Assembly (NCBI GenBank): GCA_003427395.1 | Contig: BFEA01000025.1 | Location: 3,888,066 to 3,941,583 of the forward strand | Direction of reading: 5' to 3' | Source: Chara braunii | Taxonomy: Eukaryota; Plantae; Charophyceae | Length of the DNA stretch: 53,518 nucleotides | Shown: positions 21,826-34,595 of the stretch, piece after piece | Layout: the number at the start of each line of letters is the position of its first letter | Position numbering within the stretch: position 1 is the stretch's first letter | Notes under the pieces: generated by a model | Databases searched by the model: none | Told to the model about the DNA's origin: nothing | What the model saw: the letters and a program-made list of their open reading frames with translations, nothing else | Made by a program: the position numbers and the translations under genes

Positions 21826-23374
21826 TGACAGGCCGTCCTGTCCAAGTTTGACACGTAATTGAATTGGTTGGGCTTAAAAGAATTAGCGTGTTTTTTTTTT
21901 TAAGTTACAATTAGCTTTTTTTTAAACAAGTGTAGGTCGTCAGTGCGGAAGCATGTGAAGACACACCAGAGTAGTCTCTTCCTCGGCGCCTCCTCCCGCC
22001 GCTCCCTCTCCTGCCCCCCCGCTGCTCCTCACCCTGTTAACTTCCCTTGTCCTCCCGATCTTCATGCTGCCCGTCCTCCTTCCGGTCTTCTTCCTTTCGT
22101 CCTGCTCCTCGACCTCCTGATCCCGTTCTTGAACAGTTCTTCATCCCTTCTTCCACTACCCTCCCCCATGTTCCGCTCTTCCTCCTCCTCCTGCTGGTTG
22201 CCATTCCCTCTCCTGCTTCCCACTCTACTCCTCCCCCTGTTCACTCTCCTCGTCCACCGAAGGCTCATTCTCAGGAGCATGGTCTCGCGGTGTATCTTCC
22301 CATCTTCCAGCAGAAAGTTCATTCTCAGGAGTGTGGTCACCCTTCTTCGTTCACCTCCTCACGCTTGTCATGTTCCCCCTTGTCCTTGCACTCGTGCTTG
22401 TGGTTCATTGTCCTCCCCTCCACTACTCTCCTGCAGGCACAGATGGCAAAAAATACGGCAATGTATCTTTTCATGTTGTAGCGCAGGATTCAGTCTCACT
22501 TTGCACATCTGGCGAGTAGTGTAGTGTGGCCCGTAAGTTTGTGCGTGTAGAAAGTAGTGGTTTCATTGGGCGTCGGTGCACTGCTTTCCTCATGTACATA
22601 AGACAAAGAATATGGCAGTGTATCTTTCCGTGTTCTACCTGAAGATTCATTCTCATTTTGCACATTTGGATGGTGGTGCAGCGAGGCCCATTTTCATTTC
22701 CCTCACAGAACATCCGGTGTCGATAATCGATCACAGCATTAAGCAGCCAAGTTCCACGTATATGAGCATATGCATCAGCAGCAAACAGCACCATTCAACC
22801 AAGCAAGTATACCATTCAACAAGACAGACAGACGATGAAAGGGGAAATGGAAGGGAAGAAGAAGAAGTAGGAAGGAGGAGGAAAGGATAGTATGCAAGGA
22901 TATAGTTCTCCCGAACGCGACTGTAATGAAAAAACATGAAGTACAATGGCGGTGTGGACCCGACGTTTTGGCTGCCCGCCTGACAGCCCGAACATCCGGG
23001 CCTGACGACAAAAAAAATGAAAACAAAAAAAACAAAAAACAAAACGAATGAATCTGCCGATCTGCAGCAGGCAGAAAGGGAAGACGGGCAGATTCGACCT
23101 CGAGTTCTCCAACGGGTGCGACATGCGAAGCCATAAAACAAACACTAAAAAAAAGAAAAAAAAGAAAATGGCAACACAGACCTGCTCCGCCTATGTACTT
23201 GTGTTTGAGCATGAGGAGTCGGAGCTTCACACTGTTCAGGGGGAGTTTCAAATGTAGTCTTGTCACGCAGGTTTTGGAAAAATGCCATGCCGGGCATGGC
23301 AGAGATATCTCACCCGTGGCCCAGGCACGAGGGGCCAAGGGAGTCCTGAATCTGGCCAGGTTCAGGCAGTACCC

Positions 23375-23555
23375 TTGGCCCTCTTCACTTGCTGTGGGGG
23401 AAATTTCAGCCTTCGAACTATCAGATCAAATGGATGAAATCTATCATGCGGCAAGTGATGAGGGTTTACAAGGCCCTGGCCTTCACTTGCCAAGCGAAAA
23501 TTTCAGCCGTTCGATCTATCAAATTCTTCCTTCGGCAAGTGAAGGGCCAGGACCT
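23375..23555. mobile_element. Two tandem ~85-bp hairpin MITEs
   Basis: CTTCACTTGC...GCAAGTGA inverted ends occur twice in succession (AGGCCCTGGCCTTCACTTGCC / GGCAAGTGAAGGGCCAGGACCT). Confidence 0.65.
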
Positions 23556-23780
23556 ACACACTAGGTGGCCTCTGATGGAACGCTCGTGAGATCGGCCAAC
23601 GGAGTGAATGTGAAGATCGGCTGGCAACTAGACTGCAATGACGAGTTTCTATTGCAAAACGGAACTAGAAAGGCCCCGCCCGTCATATTTATTTCTTTTT
23701 TTCCTTGACATCTTCCGGGGACTCTCAAGATGCTCCCCGTTGTTGCCACACATGTAAGGGCCCTTGTCTCATGGTGCACA

Positions 23781-23939
23781 TTAACCACCTGTACTTGGAC
23801 CAGCTATCGGCCGAGGGAAAAAAAATAGAGTAGAAATGTTTCTAGTCGGATGAATTTGGGCGCTCCTGTAGTGACCCGTAGGTTTCCTGAAATCGTGGCT
23901 TGTATATGGGCACGAATTTAGGAAGTACTGGTGGTTTAA
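23781..23939. mobile_element. TTAA-type MITE
   Basis: TTAACCACCTGTACTT ... AAGTACTGGTGGT-TTAA. Confidence 0.75.
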
Positions 23940-26589
23940 CAGCCCCCAAGTAATACCAAAGGAGTTTGATGGCTCTGAAAGGAAGCCAAGGTTCGATAAC
24001 GATGTCAGAAAAATTGGATGTTACTCAAGGTTCCCGTCGGAGTGGTATCTTGGATTTTGGAAGCGACGATAAAGTAAGAAGCACACAGACAAGGACTGGA
24101 GAAAAGTGGACAGTAATTATAATCCTGGATCTCACAAAAAAATTAAAAAAAATCCTATGGAGACAAGTTTTGAGGAATCAGGATGCAGTCTGTGGGGTTT
24201 GCTTTAAAACTTTCTTCAGCACTGTCAGCAGATCCCCCCTTGGTTTCCTTCTTTCCCTGTTTCTGCCCCGCTTTTACCTGGGCATGACCGCCCTTCCCCC
24301 TTGTCCCTCTTACACCTTCCCTTTGGTGGAAATGCTGCCTCACCGGTGGCTGCCTCACAGGTGGAAATGCTGCCTTCTGGTGTCACGGAGTTGTCCTACA
24401 GTGCAAATGATACCTCAGGCAGTGAGGTTTTCGTTCAGTCAGGACTTGTTGCACCCCTGTTCCGCCTGCAGGGTTAAACAACCGCTGCGCCCACACCTAT
24501 TTGTCCACCTCTGGAGTCCGCCACTCGGGCCAGTTTTCGAAGTTGGCAGAGATGTGTTGTGGACATTGCAATCAAACTGTGGAGGTCAGCAACCCCAATG
24601 TTTTCTTTTCATGGATGGGGCAGCAGTCCTCTGTGCTGCCGCTGGACTGTTCTATGCTCCACTGCATTACTATGCTGGTGTGATGTTGAGGAGAGCTTCC
24701 GGGTAGTGGTGGTTCAACTGTGTACACAGCACACAAAGTCAACTTCGGTGGAGACGCTTGTGCTGTTGTGTTTTCTGGAGACCCCTGTTGTATAGTGTGT
24801 TTTTGTTTTTCGGTGTGATCTTTGCGCTGCCATTTTCCTTTTTCTAGCTCCTGCACTCCCTCACCTTCCCCTGCAATACACACACACTGAGGTTTGTGCC
24901 GTCCTCTGCCCAAGTGAGAAGTGAAGGCTGTGAACTTGTCGCCGTCTGTTTGTGAATCGTTTTGTAGCTCTGCGCGTGTTCTACTGTCACAGGGATGAAA
25001 AAAGGGGTTGGTTGCCAGCGGTGTTGATATACCCTTTTTATGAAGGGCCTACTCACTTCATGACTTTTTGTGTCAAGCTTGGCCGTAATTAGGGCCAGGT
25101 GCTTGCTACAAAGCTGTGTCAGCATGCTATAATGGGGAATTTTATCTGGCTGTTAGGCTTGATCAGACATCTCACAGTTTTGTTGTTTCCTCTGCATGCT
25201 CTTATTGTTGAGGACAAACAAGTCTAAAAGAAAGGAAAAGAAGGCACAAGTCAAAAAGAAAGAAAAAGAAGGTACAGGTTAAAAAGAAAGAAAAAGAAGA
25301 TTCCCTTAGCGTGTAGGTTCAAGGGCATGCTCTTGATGTTTGGTGCTCACTGGAAACAACAATGAAGCACTCGAGGACTGTCACATCCAAATGCATCCAT
25401 ATGAGTCTGTCAGATGGATCTGTGATAGTGATAGTAATAGCATAGCATATCATACTTTTCGCAACAATGTCAGCAAACCTGACGGCATGTGGATTTGAAG
25501 ATGTACTAGGGGATGGAAAGGATAGCAATACGAGTAAAAGTAGGATCTTCATGGGAAGTCTGTGGCGACTGATTTCCTTTTTTGGTGTTCATGGATGGTT
25601 CTGGTGAGTTCTCCCTATGCTTAGTGCTTTGTTGTAGAGAAAAGAAGCGATGCTGTTTGTGCCTGTTTCTCAATTGGGGACTCTGGTTCCACTGCATTAT
25701 TCTGACGATTTCTCCAACGGAAAATCATCAGGGCTCCTAAATCCGGCATTAATTTTGCCCCGAACAACCCTTGGTGAAATGGGGAAAACCGTTTGTGAAT
25801 GGATGAGCGTGCCCAGCAACGTTTTTTTTTTTTTTTTCCCCATGCTAATCTTCTCTGTATTCGCTCAGATTTTAGCGGATGTCCTGAAGGACAGCGTGCC
25901 CAAGAACTTTATTCCTGTTCCCTCTCGTAAACGGGCCACACCTTGTACTCTTCCACCAAGTTCCCCCCTCCCCCCCTAGTGGGCGGAGATGCAACCATTG
26001 GGCGAACTGGTGCGTTGAAGATGCCCATCCCCGCAGCATGGCGCATGTTCAGTAAGGGTCGCTAGATTCCTGGGCTGTGAACCCTCACAAAGTGTCACAG
26101 GAGGTGTGGGATATGCCGTTTTCCTGTTTTTCGCTCTCCTCACTCCAGTGAAAAATGGATAGAGAAAAAAGGACGTGTGCCATGAGTGGATAGAGAAAAA
26201 TAAGGATGTGTGCCATGAGTGCCTTTCCATCACTCAAAGTGGAAAGTGAGCCGCACATGGCACATCCAGCGGGCCCAAGTTCAGGAGCCGGCCCCCCCAG
26301 TCCCATCGCCCGGTTGGTTGGCAACGCGGGCTGGTCGGAATGTTCTTGCAGGGGTGGCCCACTTGTCGGTTAGGGCTCCTGCATGCCATGTGTCACCTTT
26401 ATTTTATGCTGCATGGCACTTTCTCTGTGCTGCGTGGGGTCATGCAGCGCATACTTCTTTTGTGACTTGCAGCACTTTTCTTTTGCTTTGACTTGGTATG
26501 TAGTGTTACCACACTGCGGTAGTACACCAATTAAAGGAGTCAGAGCATGCAGAAGAAGGGGGGACGTTTTTTTTTTTTTTTTTTGAAGA

Positions 26590-27004
26590 AAAAAAGTGGA
26601 GCTTGTTTTTTTACAAAAAAGAAGACCCGGTGGGCAGGGAGGCAAATCGTTCCACTGGTGCCCCCCAGCAGCTCTGTCCGATCCCCAGGCCCGGCCTGGG
26701 CAGCTAGAATGAGTGGGACGCTGGAGCCGGTTTCCCGCCGTTTGAAAATCTCAGGATCTGCTAGGGCTCTAGGTAGGATCTGGCATCCGGTAGAAGGATG
26801 AAGAGGCGAATTCCTGTGGACAGGCTCACTCAGATCGTGGCAAGGGACGCTGGACCCGGTTTCCGGCATTTGGTGGCCTTCTCGTCTCACGTGTTCGTGT
26901 AATTCTATACAATTTCATAACGGACGCTGAACCCGGTTCTCAGCACGTGATGCTCCCCACGAATAGATCGGAGCTTGTCTTGTTACAAAAAAAAAACAAA
27001 AAAA
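26590..27004 (+). mobile_element. Retroposed 3' end with reiterated hairpins, full module (26922-26974) and poly(A)
   Basis: GGGACGCTGGA.CCGGTTTCC at ~26714 and ~26843, then the full module, then an A tract at 26987-27004. Confidence 0.65.
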
Positions 27005-27201
27005 CTTGGAAGTTGAAACTTGAAAGTCTATTTAACTACTGAATGAAACAATGTAGGAGCGGTTGTAAACATGCTGTACTAGTAGCACCCTTTTGAGGTT
27101 GCTTTGTGTAGGAATGTTTTGATTGTTTGACTGTTTGTGGAGTCAGACATTACTTTGGAAGTTCACTCATGCATTGAATGGATCGTGTAGTAGTTGTAGC
27201 C

Positions 27202-27555
27202 TGTGACGGAGCCGCCGGGATGGTGGTCCGTCAGAATCAAGACGAAGGGATGAGGATGGGGGAGATGGAGATGGAGCTGGAAGGGACAGTGCAGCTCCAA
27301 CGCAGACTCAACACGCACGTACTCCAAACTGTGCAAATGAAGAATGAGACTAAAAACAGACTACAGCTGGGGTATACCCCCAGCGGACTGACCGGACTGG
27401 ACTGGACTGGACTGGTACTGACAGTGGTACCACTGAATGAGCACACGGCCTGTGGGGTCAGGCCCCCACAGGCCGTGGCCTGGTCCCACAGGCCGAACAG
27501 GCAAAATAGCCAAATAGCCCTGGCTCTAAGCCAGGGCAGCTAGAGGCACGCTGCA
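27202..27555. mobile_element. Short solo LTR
   Basis: TG...CA termini (TGTGACG / CGCTGCA) with a 5-bp TSD TAGCC (27197-27201, 27556-27560). Confidence 0.7.
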
Positions 27556-27610
27556 TAGCCAGTCTGCCTTACTGCATCTTCTATGGAGGTTTATTCATGT
27601 AGGGGCGTTC

Positions 27611-30600
27611 TTTTTTTTTTCTTTTTTTTTTTCAAAACAAACAGGGCCTTATGGTCCTGGCTCCTTCTATTCTGGGGAGCGTCAGTCCGGTTCCTATTCC
27701 GCCGGCAAGTCAGAAAAATACATTACATTACAGCAAAAAACTCATGCTTCCTCCCGTTTGGCCGGAGGACCCCTGAGCAGCATTGATTACTCCACCATAG
27801 GTGGAGGATTGACTGTCAGCTTGCCCTGGCTCACTCTTTCCTCTCAGAACTGGACGACCAGCTCTGCCCGATAATTCATTGCCACCTAGAAAGAAATCGC
27901 CCATTGTCTCTGCTTGCCTGTGCTTCCCCCTCCTCAGCCCTGCTCGTGGGTCACCAACCTCCTCTTCCTTGTTTCCCCTCAAAGAGTACGCCCGTTATTT
28001 CTTTATGTCTGTGCTTTTCCTTTCCTCAGTTCTGACCCTACGTTGCCATATCCCATCACCCATTAGGCCTTCTCCCTTCTCTTGAGGTCTACTAAACCCT
28101 AAACTCTAAACCCTAAAAACCTGAACCTTGTACCCCGTTCCTCAATTGGGATGAGTCCTTTTTGAACCTCTCCTCCCTTGCTCACACCTTCCGTTTTACT
28201 TATTACCAGACCCCGACGAGTGTGGTGGTCCGAGTCTGAAAATTTTCTCTTTAGAGTTCTGATCTGGGGGTGCTTTGCCCGTGCTCTGCGCTCCGCTGTC
28301 CGGCATTCCTTCCGGAGATAGAGTTGTGCCATTCCTTCCAATAGATGCGATCGTCCCATAACTCGGCGATTTTCCCGTCTATCAGCCATGTCCTATTGAA
28401 GCTCCGTCTGGTCTTTCTTTGTTGTTCTTCATCCTCCGACCAAGATAATTTTATCTTTTGCTATCTGCACAAGATCTCTGCCTGTATTATTGCTTTTGTC
28501 TTCGACCAGATCATCTCACGTGCGTTCGAGAAGTCTTCAATCGTTCTGCTGCATCTTTCGTTTCGTATAACCCATAGGGTCACCTTCCTGATGAGTCCAT
28601 ACCAAATCCTTTCCGCTTTCCGGGACTGTTCAGGGATGTTAATCAGAAGGAGAAGCTGGATGGGTTGTTCCGAGAAAGGGGTAGAGAAAAGGGAATCCTA
28701 GGGGGTCGATGCTTTCGCCCAGTAGACCGTCACCTCTCTACAGTAGATTAGGCAGTGTACTATATCCTCTACAACGTTCTCCGTACACACCTTACATTGA
28801 TTAGAACGATCAGGGTCGGAGCCCTTTCGCCTAATATGAAGCCATTGATTGACTGGTAGTGCTGCATATGTTATCAGCCATTTAAGGCTTTTGATTTTGA
28901 CTGGTCTGATCATTTTGTATATTTTCCACGGGATCTTTGTGATCTTATCCGCTTTCTGTCCTAGTAACTTCTGCCATTTGGCCTTGATCACTGACTCTGG
29001 GTCTTTTGTTTTCAACAGGAGTTTGTATCCTAGTTGGACTGTGTAGTCCTGTATGGGGGTGAGTTTCTTAACGTTTGTCTTCTTATCTGGTTTCCACGCC
29101 CACTCCCCCGGTTCAAATTCCAAATCATGAATTGCCATGTCACACCTGAAGATGATCTTCGGCCATGTGCCCAACACTCTTACTTTCCTGAGTAAGAAAT
29201 AATCCATAACTGTGGTTTCCACATTGATATTCACAATCGACGGCATACCCCTCGTGGAGTGTGTGATTGGAAAGGAAGTGAACACCACTTGAGTACCAGA
29301 TCCTTGTTGTGAATGTGAGAATTGGAAAGCCCTAGAGGGATGGTTCTCTTGTATTTTGACCCCCCACTCGCCGCTTCTCCAATCCCCCCCTTGTTTGCGC
29401 ATATCTTTCCATTCTTGGGGGACAAGATTAGTTATGTACTGCAGGTTGGGACCTCTCCTGTGACAGCCTTTTGGCCGTGTGCTTAGTTCCTACTCGGATA
29501 CCCATTCTTTCTTTTCGTCGTTCCACATGTGTCCAACTGTCCAAACCCCGTTCTTTACCCAAGATAACCATTTGTGGTTTAAGAACAAGGGTTCATTACT
29601 TTCACTCTTCAACCACTCGTTGCTAAATAATGGCTGCCTCAGCACCTCATCCTTTGATTTGGGTCTGCTGGTCTTTTTTGACATTATTTCTCTCCAGATC
29701 CGGATGAGAGCCGCCCAATATGGCGTTTGGCGGTTGTCTATGTTTTGCTCTATTTCCCCCCTGGATCTTCTTCTCACATTTTTCAAAGACCATTCCTTGT
29801 TCATTACCCAGAATAAACCTGTCATGTTGCTTGGCGATAGCACCGGAGCTAGAGCCCTTATGCTGTACAAAGCAAGTTTGTTCCATGTCGTTTCTGGTTT
29901 CGTCAGCAGCCGAATCCATTTTGCTTGAAGGGCTTTTGTCTCGCACTTCGGGTCAATGATTCCTAGCCCCCCTTGCATTGGTTTCCTTGTAATGTACTGC
30001 CAGGCTATCTTGGGGATACATCTTCCCTTGTTGGGGTTGCCCGTCCAAAGGTATGATCTCGCTACCCGGTTTAGTTCCTTTAATGAGTTGTCTAGTATTG
30101 TCGCCGCAATGTACCACATTATGGAGAAAACTGAAGTGTTTAGGACCAGCACTCTGCCGAGCAATGAAGTAAAAGTATTCCCTCACCTCCCAAACTTGTT
30201 CAGCTGCTTCGCTAACATGTTCTGGGCCATCTGGGGCGTCAGGCCCTCCCGTGTCATGAGAATACCTAGGTAACGAGTGGGTGATTCTGGCGTGTCGCAA
30301 GACATGTCAGCCTCCGGCCCTTGGAGATTTGGGATTTGCTCCTCAGAGAGCCACTAGCCTATGGTTTTCTTCGAGTTGATCTTCATTTCGGACGCCAGTC
30401 TAAAAGCTTCCATTTCCCTAGACAACGCCATAAAGGATGAGTCTGAGGCTCTGACCAGTACCGTCATGTCGTCTGCGAACAATATTACTGTCGGGAACCT
30501 GAGGTGGTGAGACGTCCCCACATTGACCATCGGGAGTCTGTGAATAGACGGGTCCTTCCGCAGGAAGGAAGCGATGGCTTCCATCACAAATAGGAAGATA

Positions 30601-32959
30601 GACGGGGCGAGTGGGTCCCCTTGTCTCACTGAACGTGATATTGGATAGTTATCAGACAGGAAACTGTTAATCTGTACGCAGCCGGAAGCATCACTGTATA
30701 AGACTTGGACCCATTTCCTGAAAACTGGTCTCACCCCCATGCGCTCCATACTAGCGTCCATGAACGACCAATTGACCTGGTCGTAAGCTTTTTCAAAATC
30801 GAAAAAGAGAATGGCTGTGTTTATTCTCCTTTCTCTGACTTTGTTAGCTGCTTCGTTTAGGGTCAACACATTGATTAGAATGTAGCGTCCTGGGATGAAG
30901 ATTGTTTGGTCGATATGGAAGCATTTATCAGTTATTCTCATAATTCTGGCAGCTAAGGTCTTGGCCAAAATTTTGTATGGAAGGGTGAGTAAGGAAATGG
31001 GCCTATAATTCCTAATATCCTCTTTGTCTCCCTTCTTATACAATAGTGTGACAACACTGCTGCTGAGAAGTTGCCAATACCCCCTTTCTCAAAACTGTCC
31101 CCGTAAAAGTTTAGAAGGTCGCCCCCTAGGCTCGGCCATAATTTTCCCCAAAATTCCTTTGTTAGTCCATCAATGCCTGGTGCCTTATCGTTGTTCATGC
31201 TTTTGAGGGTGTGCAACAACTCCTCTAGTGATAGGGGTTTGTCCATCCCTTCTGCTTGTTCAGGCAATATCGTTCGTTCTAGGTACTGTAGCATCCTACG
31301 TCTTGCTTCCAATGTACTGCTTGGGGTAGGTGCTTGGGTCTTTGTCTGATATAAGTCCCGGTAGACTTCGTTGGCCACTTCCATAATTTCTTCACTGATG
31401 TCCGCTGTCCTCACCGGGTTAGAGAGGGTTTTCATTCTCTCTATTGTGGCTGCTCTTGTGTTGGCTTTGATTCGTGCAAAGAAGTGTTTTGTCATCGACT
31501 CACTGAGTTCGTATTCGCACATTCTGGCTCTTACTTGCAGTCCTTTCAAATCCCACCACGTCCACATTGCCATCTCTTCCCGTGCTTTTTCGAAGATGCC
31601 TGTGTATAGCGCTGAAGACGGATTGTCTCGTAGGTTATATTCTGCAATCCTCAGCGCCTGCTCCAGGCTTTGTTTTCTTTTCTTTCTTATGGAGGCCAAC
31701 ATTCTTGACATTCCAGCTGCTGTCTTCGCGAGTAAGGAGTAGCGCTATACAAACCACTCCCATCGATCCCGGACAGGCACACGGCTCATTCTCCTTGCAC
31801 CCCAAAATTCCTGTGTACCTTCTTGGAAAGATTGACTGAGTAAGAGGGAATTGTTCAATTTATGAAAACCTGCCCCTTTTCTTACTTGTTGCTCAAAGCA
31901 GATAGTGATCCCGACGGGCTTGTGATCGAGGCCAACTTTCTTGACATTCCAGCTGCTGTCTTCGCGAGTAAGGAGTAGCCTTCTACAAACCAATCCCATC
32001 GATCCTGGACAGGCACACGGCTCATTCTCCTTGCACCCCAAAATTCCTGTGTACCTTCTTGGAAAGATTGACCGAGTAAGAGGGAATTGTTCAATTTATG
32101 AAAACCTGCCCCTTTTCTTACTTGTTGCTCAAAGCAGATAGTGATCCCGACGGGCTTGTGATCGAGACCAGGATAGGGAGCAAGGGGGAGGATCTCCGCC
32201 TCATTCACCGCCCCTATCAATGTGTCTAATACCAAGAAATAGTCTATCCGTGAGAAAGCTGCGTGATGAGCATGGTTTTTCTTGATTAAGGTGAATTCTC
32301 TCTCGGTAGGGTGCATGGTCCTAAACGGGTCGACCAATCCCTGATCAATCATCAGTTTCTGGATTGGTAGGGCCTCCTGTGACGTGGATGGATTGTATGC
32401 GTTGGTGGACCGTGATATGCGGTCTGTCGCTGGGTCTAGGGTAGCGTTCCAATCCCTAGCTAGTATACACAAAATTAATGGCGGAATGCCGCTGCTCAAA
32501 TTCGCTACAAAGGATGTTCTTTGCGTTGATTCATTTGGAGCGTAGATGCTGTACAGGAGGAACTCCTCTTCCTTCCACTTAAGGTGCATGGAGCACCATC
32601 TGCCCTCTTGGAGATCCGCCTCCTTACTCAAAACGCTTCCTGACACGTAGAAGCGGGATGACTTAGGGATTAAGATGGCTGTTCCTTTCGTATTTGAATT
32701 AATGTCTGCTGCCCATATTTCATCTCTTATAGCTCCCATTTTTCTTGCGATGAGTTTCCGGATCCTGTTGTGTTCCTGGGAGAAGGAGAGATGTGTCTCT
32801 TGAAGCAATATAATATCCGCAATTAATTTGTTGTTCGATGTCAATCCGGTTGGAATATCATTCCACTTTTCTTCTCTGTCTATGACATTCCCCAGACCGT
32901 TGATGTTCCAACTCCTAATAATGATCCCTCGGTTTCTCCAGTCCACTGACCCCCCCCTT
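27611..32959 (-). mobile_element. Decayed L1/Tx1-clade non-LTR retrotransposon (ORF2 only)
   Basis: Poly(A) tail (T tract at 27611-27632), probable TSD GGC(G/A)TTC(T)n, and APE, RT and zinc-finger segments in the canonical order. Confidence 0.95.
28099..32959 (-). pseudogene. LINE ORF2: APE endonuclease, reverse transcriptase, zf-RVT, with multiple stops and frameshifts
   Basis: APE: SWNINGL, DIILLQETH, SIYAPN, (G/R)DWN, SRIDYF, LDHKPV. RT: KAPGIDG, YRPISLL, DFEKAYD, RQGDPLAP, ILFADD, RYLG. Zinc finger: CKVC...EDIVHCLIYC. A 236-bp tandem duplication (31692-31927 / 31928-32163) shifts the frame. Confidence 0.95.
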
Positions 32960-32966
32960 GGCATTC

Positions 32967-33230
32967 TTTTTTTCTTCCTTTTTTTATATATAAAAAAAAA
33001 AACACCTACCCAGTTTGCTAGGAGTGATGGTAATAAAATTCACCCCTAGCAACTTGGTTTGTGGCTCCAGTCTATTGGTGGGGAGCAGCACCCGCTGGAA
33101 AGCGGGTCCAGCATCCCTCATAAGATCAGAAAATTCAAAATTGTTTGCTTTGTGGAACAATCATGCGACAGGTGAGCTGATGTGAGCCTCGTCAGCTCTC
33201 TGAGGACCGTCAGGTATACACAGACAGTGT
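32967..33230 (-). mobile_element. Older retroposed 3' end with module (33064-33117), whose tail abuts the LINE 5' end
   Basis: T-rich tail at 32967-32985 and the reverse complement of the module. Confidence 0.6.
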
Positions 33231-33258
33231 TCTGAGCTCTTGATTGTACGTCAAGCAG

Positions 33259-33294
33259 GTCTCTTATACACATCTAGATGTGTATAAGAGACAG
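33259..33294. other. Nextera mate-pair junction adapter with artefactual duplication of flanking sequence
   Basis: GTCTCTTATACACATCT-AGATGTGTATAAGAGACAG. 33179-33261 is repeated exactly at 33295-33377. Confidence 0.97.
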
Positions 33295-33904
33295 GATGTG
33301 AGCCTCGTCAGCTCTCTGAGGACCGTCAGGTATACACAGACAGTGTTCTGAGCTCTTGATTGTACGTCAAGCAGGTCATTCATCCAGAAGTCCATTCAAG
33401 TGCTCAATGGTGTGGTTGTAGCCAGTGTTGGAGTACAACTTCTATAAAGGTTATTGTGTGTAAGAACGCTCTGATTGTTTGACCGTTTGTCAAGTTAGAG
33501 ATTTGCTCGGGAGCCTGTTCAAATATTGAATGGATCGTGCAGGAGCTATAGTAGCCACATTGCTGTAGTACAACTTGTGCGGAGGTCACTGCTTGTAGGA
33601 GCGCTTTTAGTGTTCTTCAAGTCAGAACTTTTCATCTGGGATTTCATTTCAATTAACGACTGGGTTATGTAGGTTATTGTTTCGTAAGCACACTGCCATA
33701 GCACAACTTGTACACAATTAACTGTGTGAAGGAATCTTCTGATTGTTTTGGCTGTTTGACAAGTCAAGAATTTATTTGGAAGTCCAGGTGCTGAGGGAGG
33801 GGATCATGCAGGGGTGGATGAAGCGAGGTTGTCGTAGTATAGCTTCTATGGAGGTCACTTGTGTGGGAATGTTCTTATTGTTAGACTGTTAATCCCGTGC
33901 GATG

Positions 33905-34066
33905 TTAAGCCACCAGTACGTTTTCCATATATCGGCCGCGAGCAGTTTGGGAGGCCTGAAACAAAAAAACGGGCCGCCGATGAAATTTATCAACGGCGGC
34001 CCTTTCCCGCTTGGCTTCCGAATGTACCAGGGTGACTACAAGCGGGGAAACATACTTGTGGTTTAA
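33905..34066. mobile_element. TTAA-type MITE
   Basis: TTAA-GCCACCAGTACG ... CATACTTGTGGT-TTAA. The interior matches 10487-10657. Confidence 0.8.
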
Positions 34067-34297
34067 TCCGGAAGTTCATACAAAACTGAATGGACCTTGT
34101 AGTAGTTGTGGTAGCCACACTCCCATAGTTGTTGTTGGTGTTGTTTTTTCAGAAGGGCGGCAGCTCCCATACTACAACTTCAACGGTGTGAATGTTTTGA
34201 TTGTTTGAGGTCGTGAAACATTAGTCTGGAAGTCTAGTTGACCACTGAATGGAATGTGTAGGAGTAGTCACAGCCACACTGTTGCAGTACAACTTCC

Positions 34298-34595
34298 TTT
34301 TTTTTTTTCCTTCATTTAACCACAACCACAAAGCCCCTTCTATTCTTGGGGACATCAGCAACGGCCCAATGCTTGTGGTGCTATACGCCTATCAAGGGGG
34401 GGCCTACTACAGAACGTCCCACCCCCCAAGCCTTGGCCTTTCATAGGGGGTTGGCGTGCAGGCTGGGGAGCTTACTAGCAGCACCGAGTCACACAACAGG
34501 TCAAAACCTGGAGAGGCCAGGCACGAGGGGAGGGTCTGTGGCAGTTCCTCAAGCCGCCTGTCAACCTAGCGATTTCGTACCTCTATCACTTTCAT
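34298..34595 (-). mobile_element. Short retro-insertion with a variant module (34333-34373) and poly(A)
   Basis: T tract at 34298-34308. The minus strand reads CTG-AT-GTCCC-C-AAG-AATAGAA-GGGGC. Confidence 0.55.
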
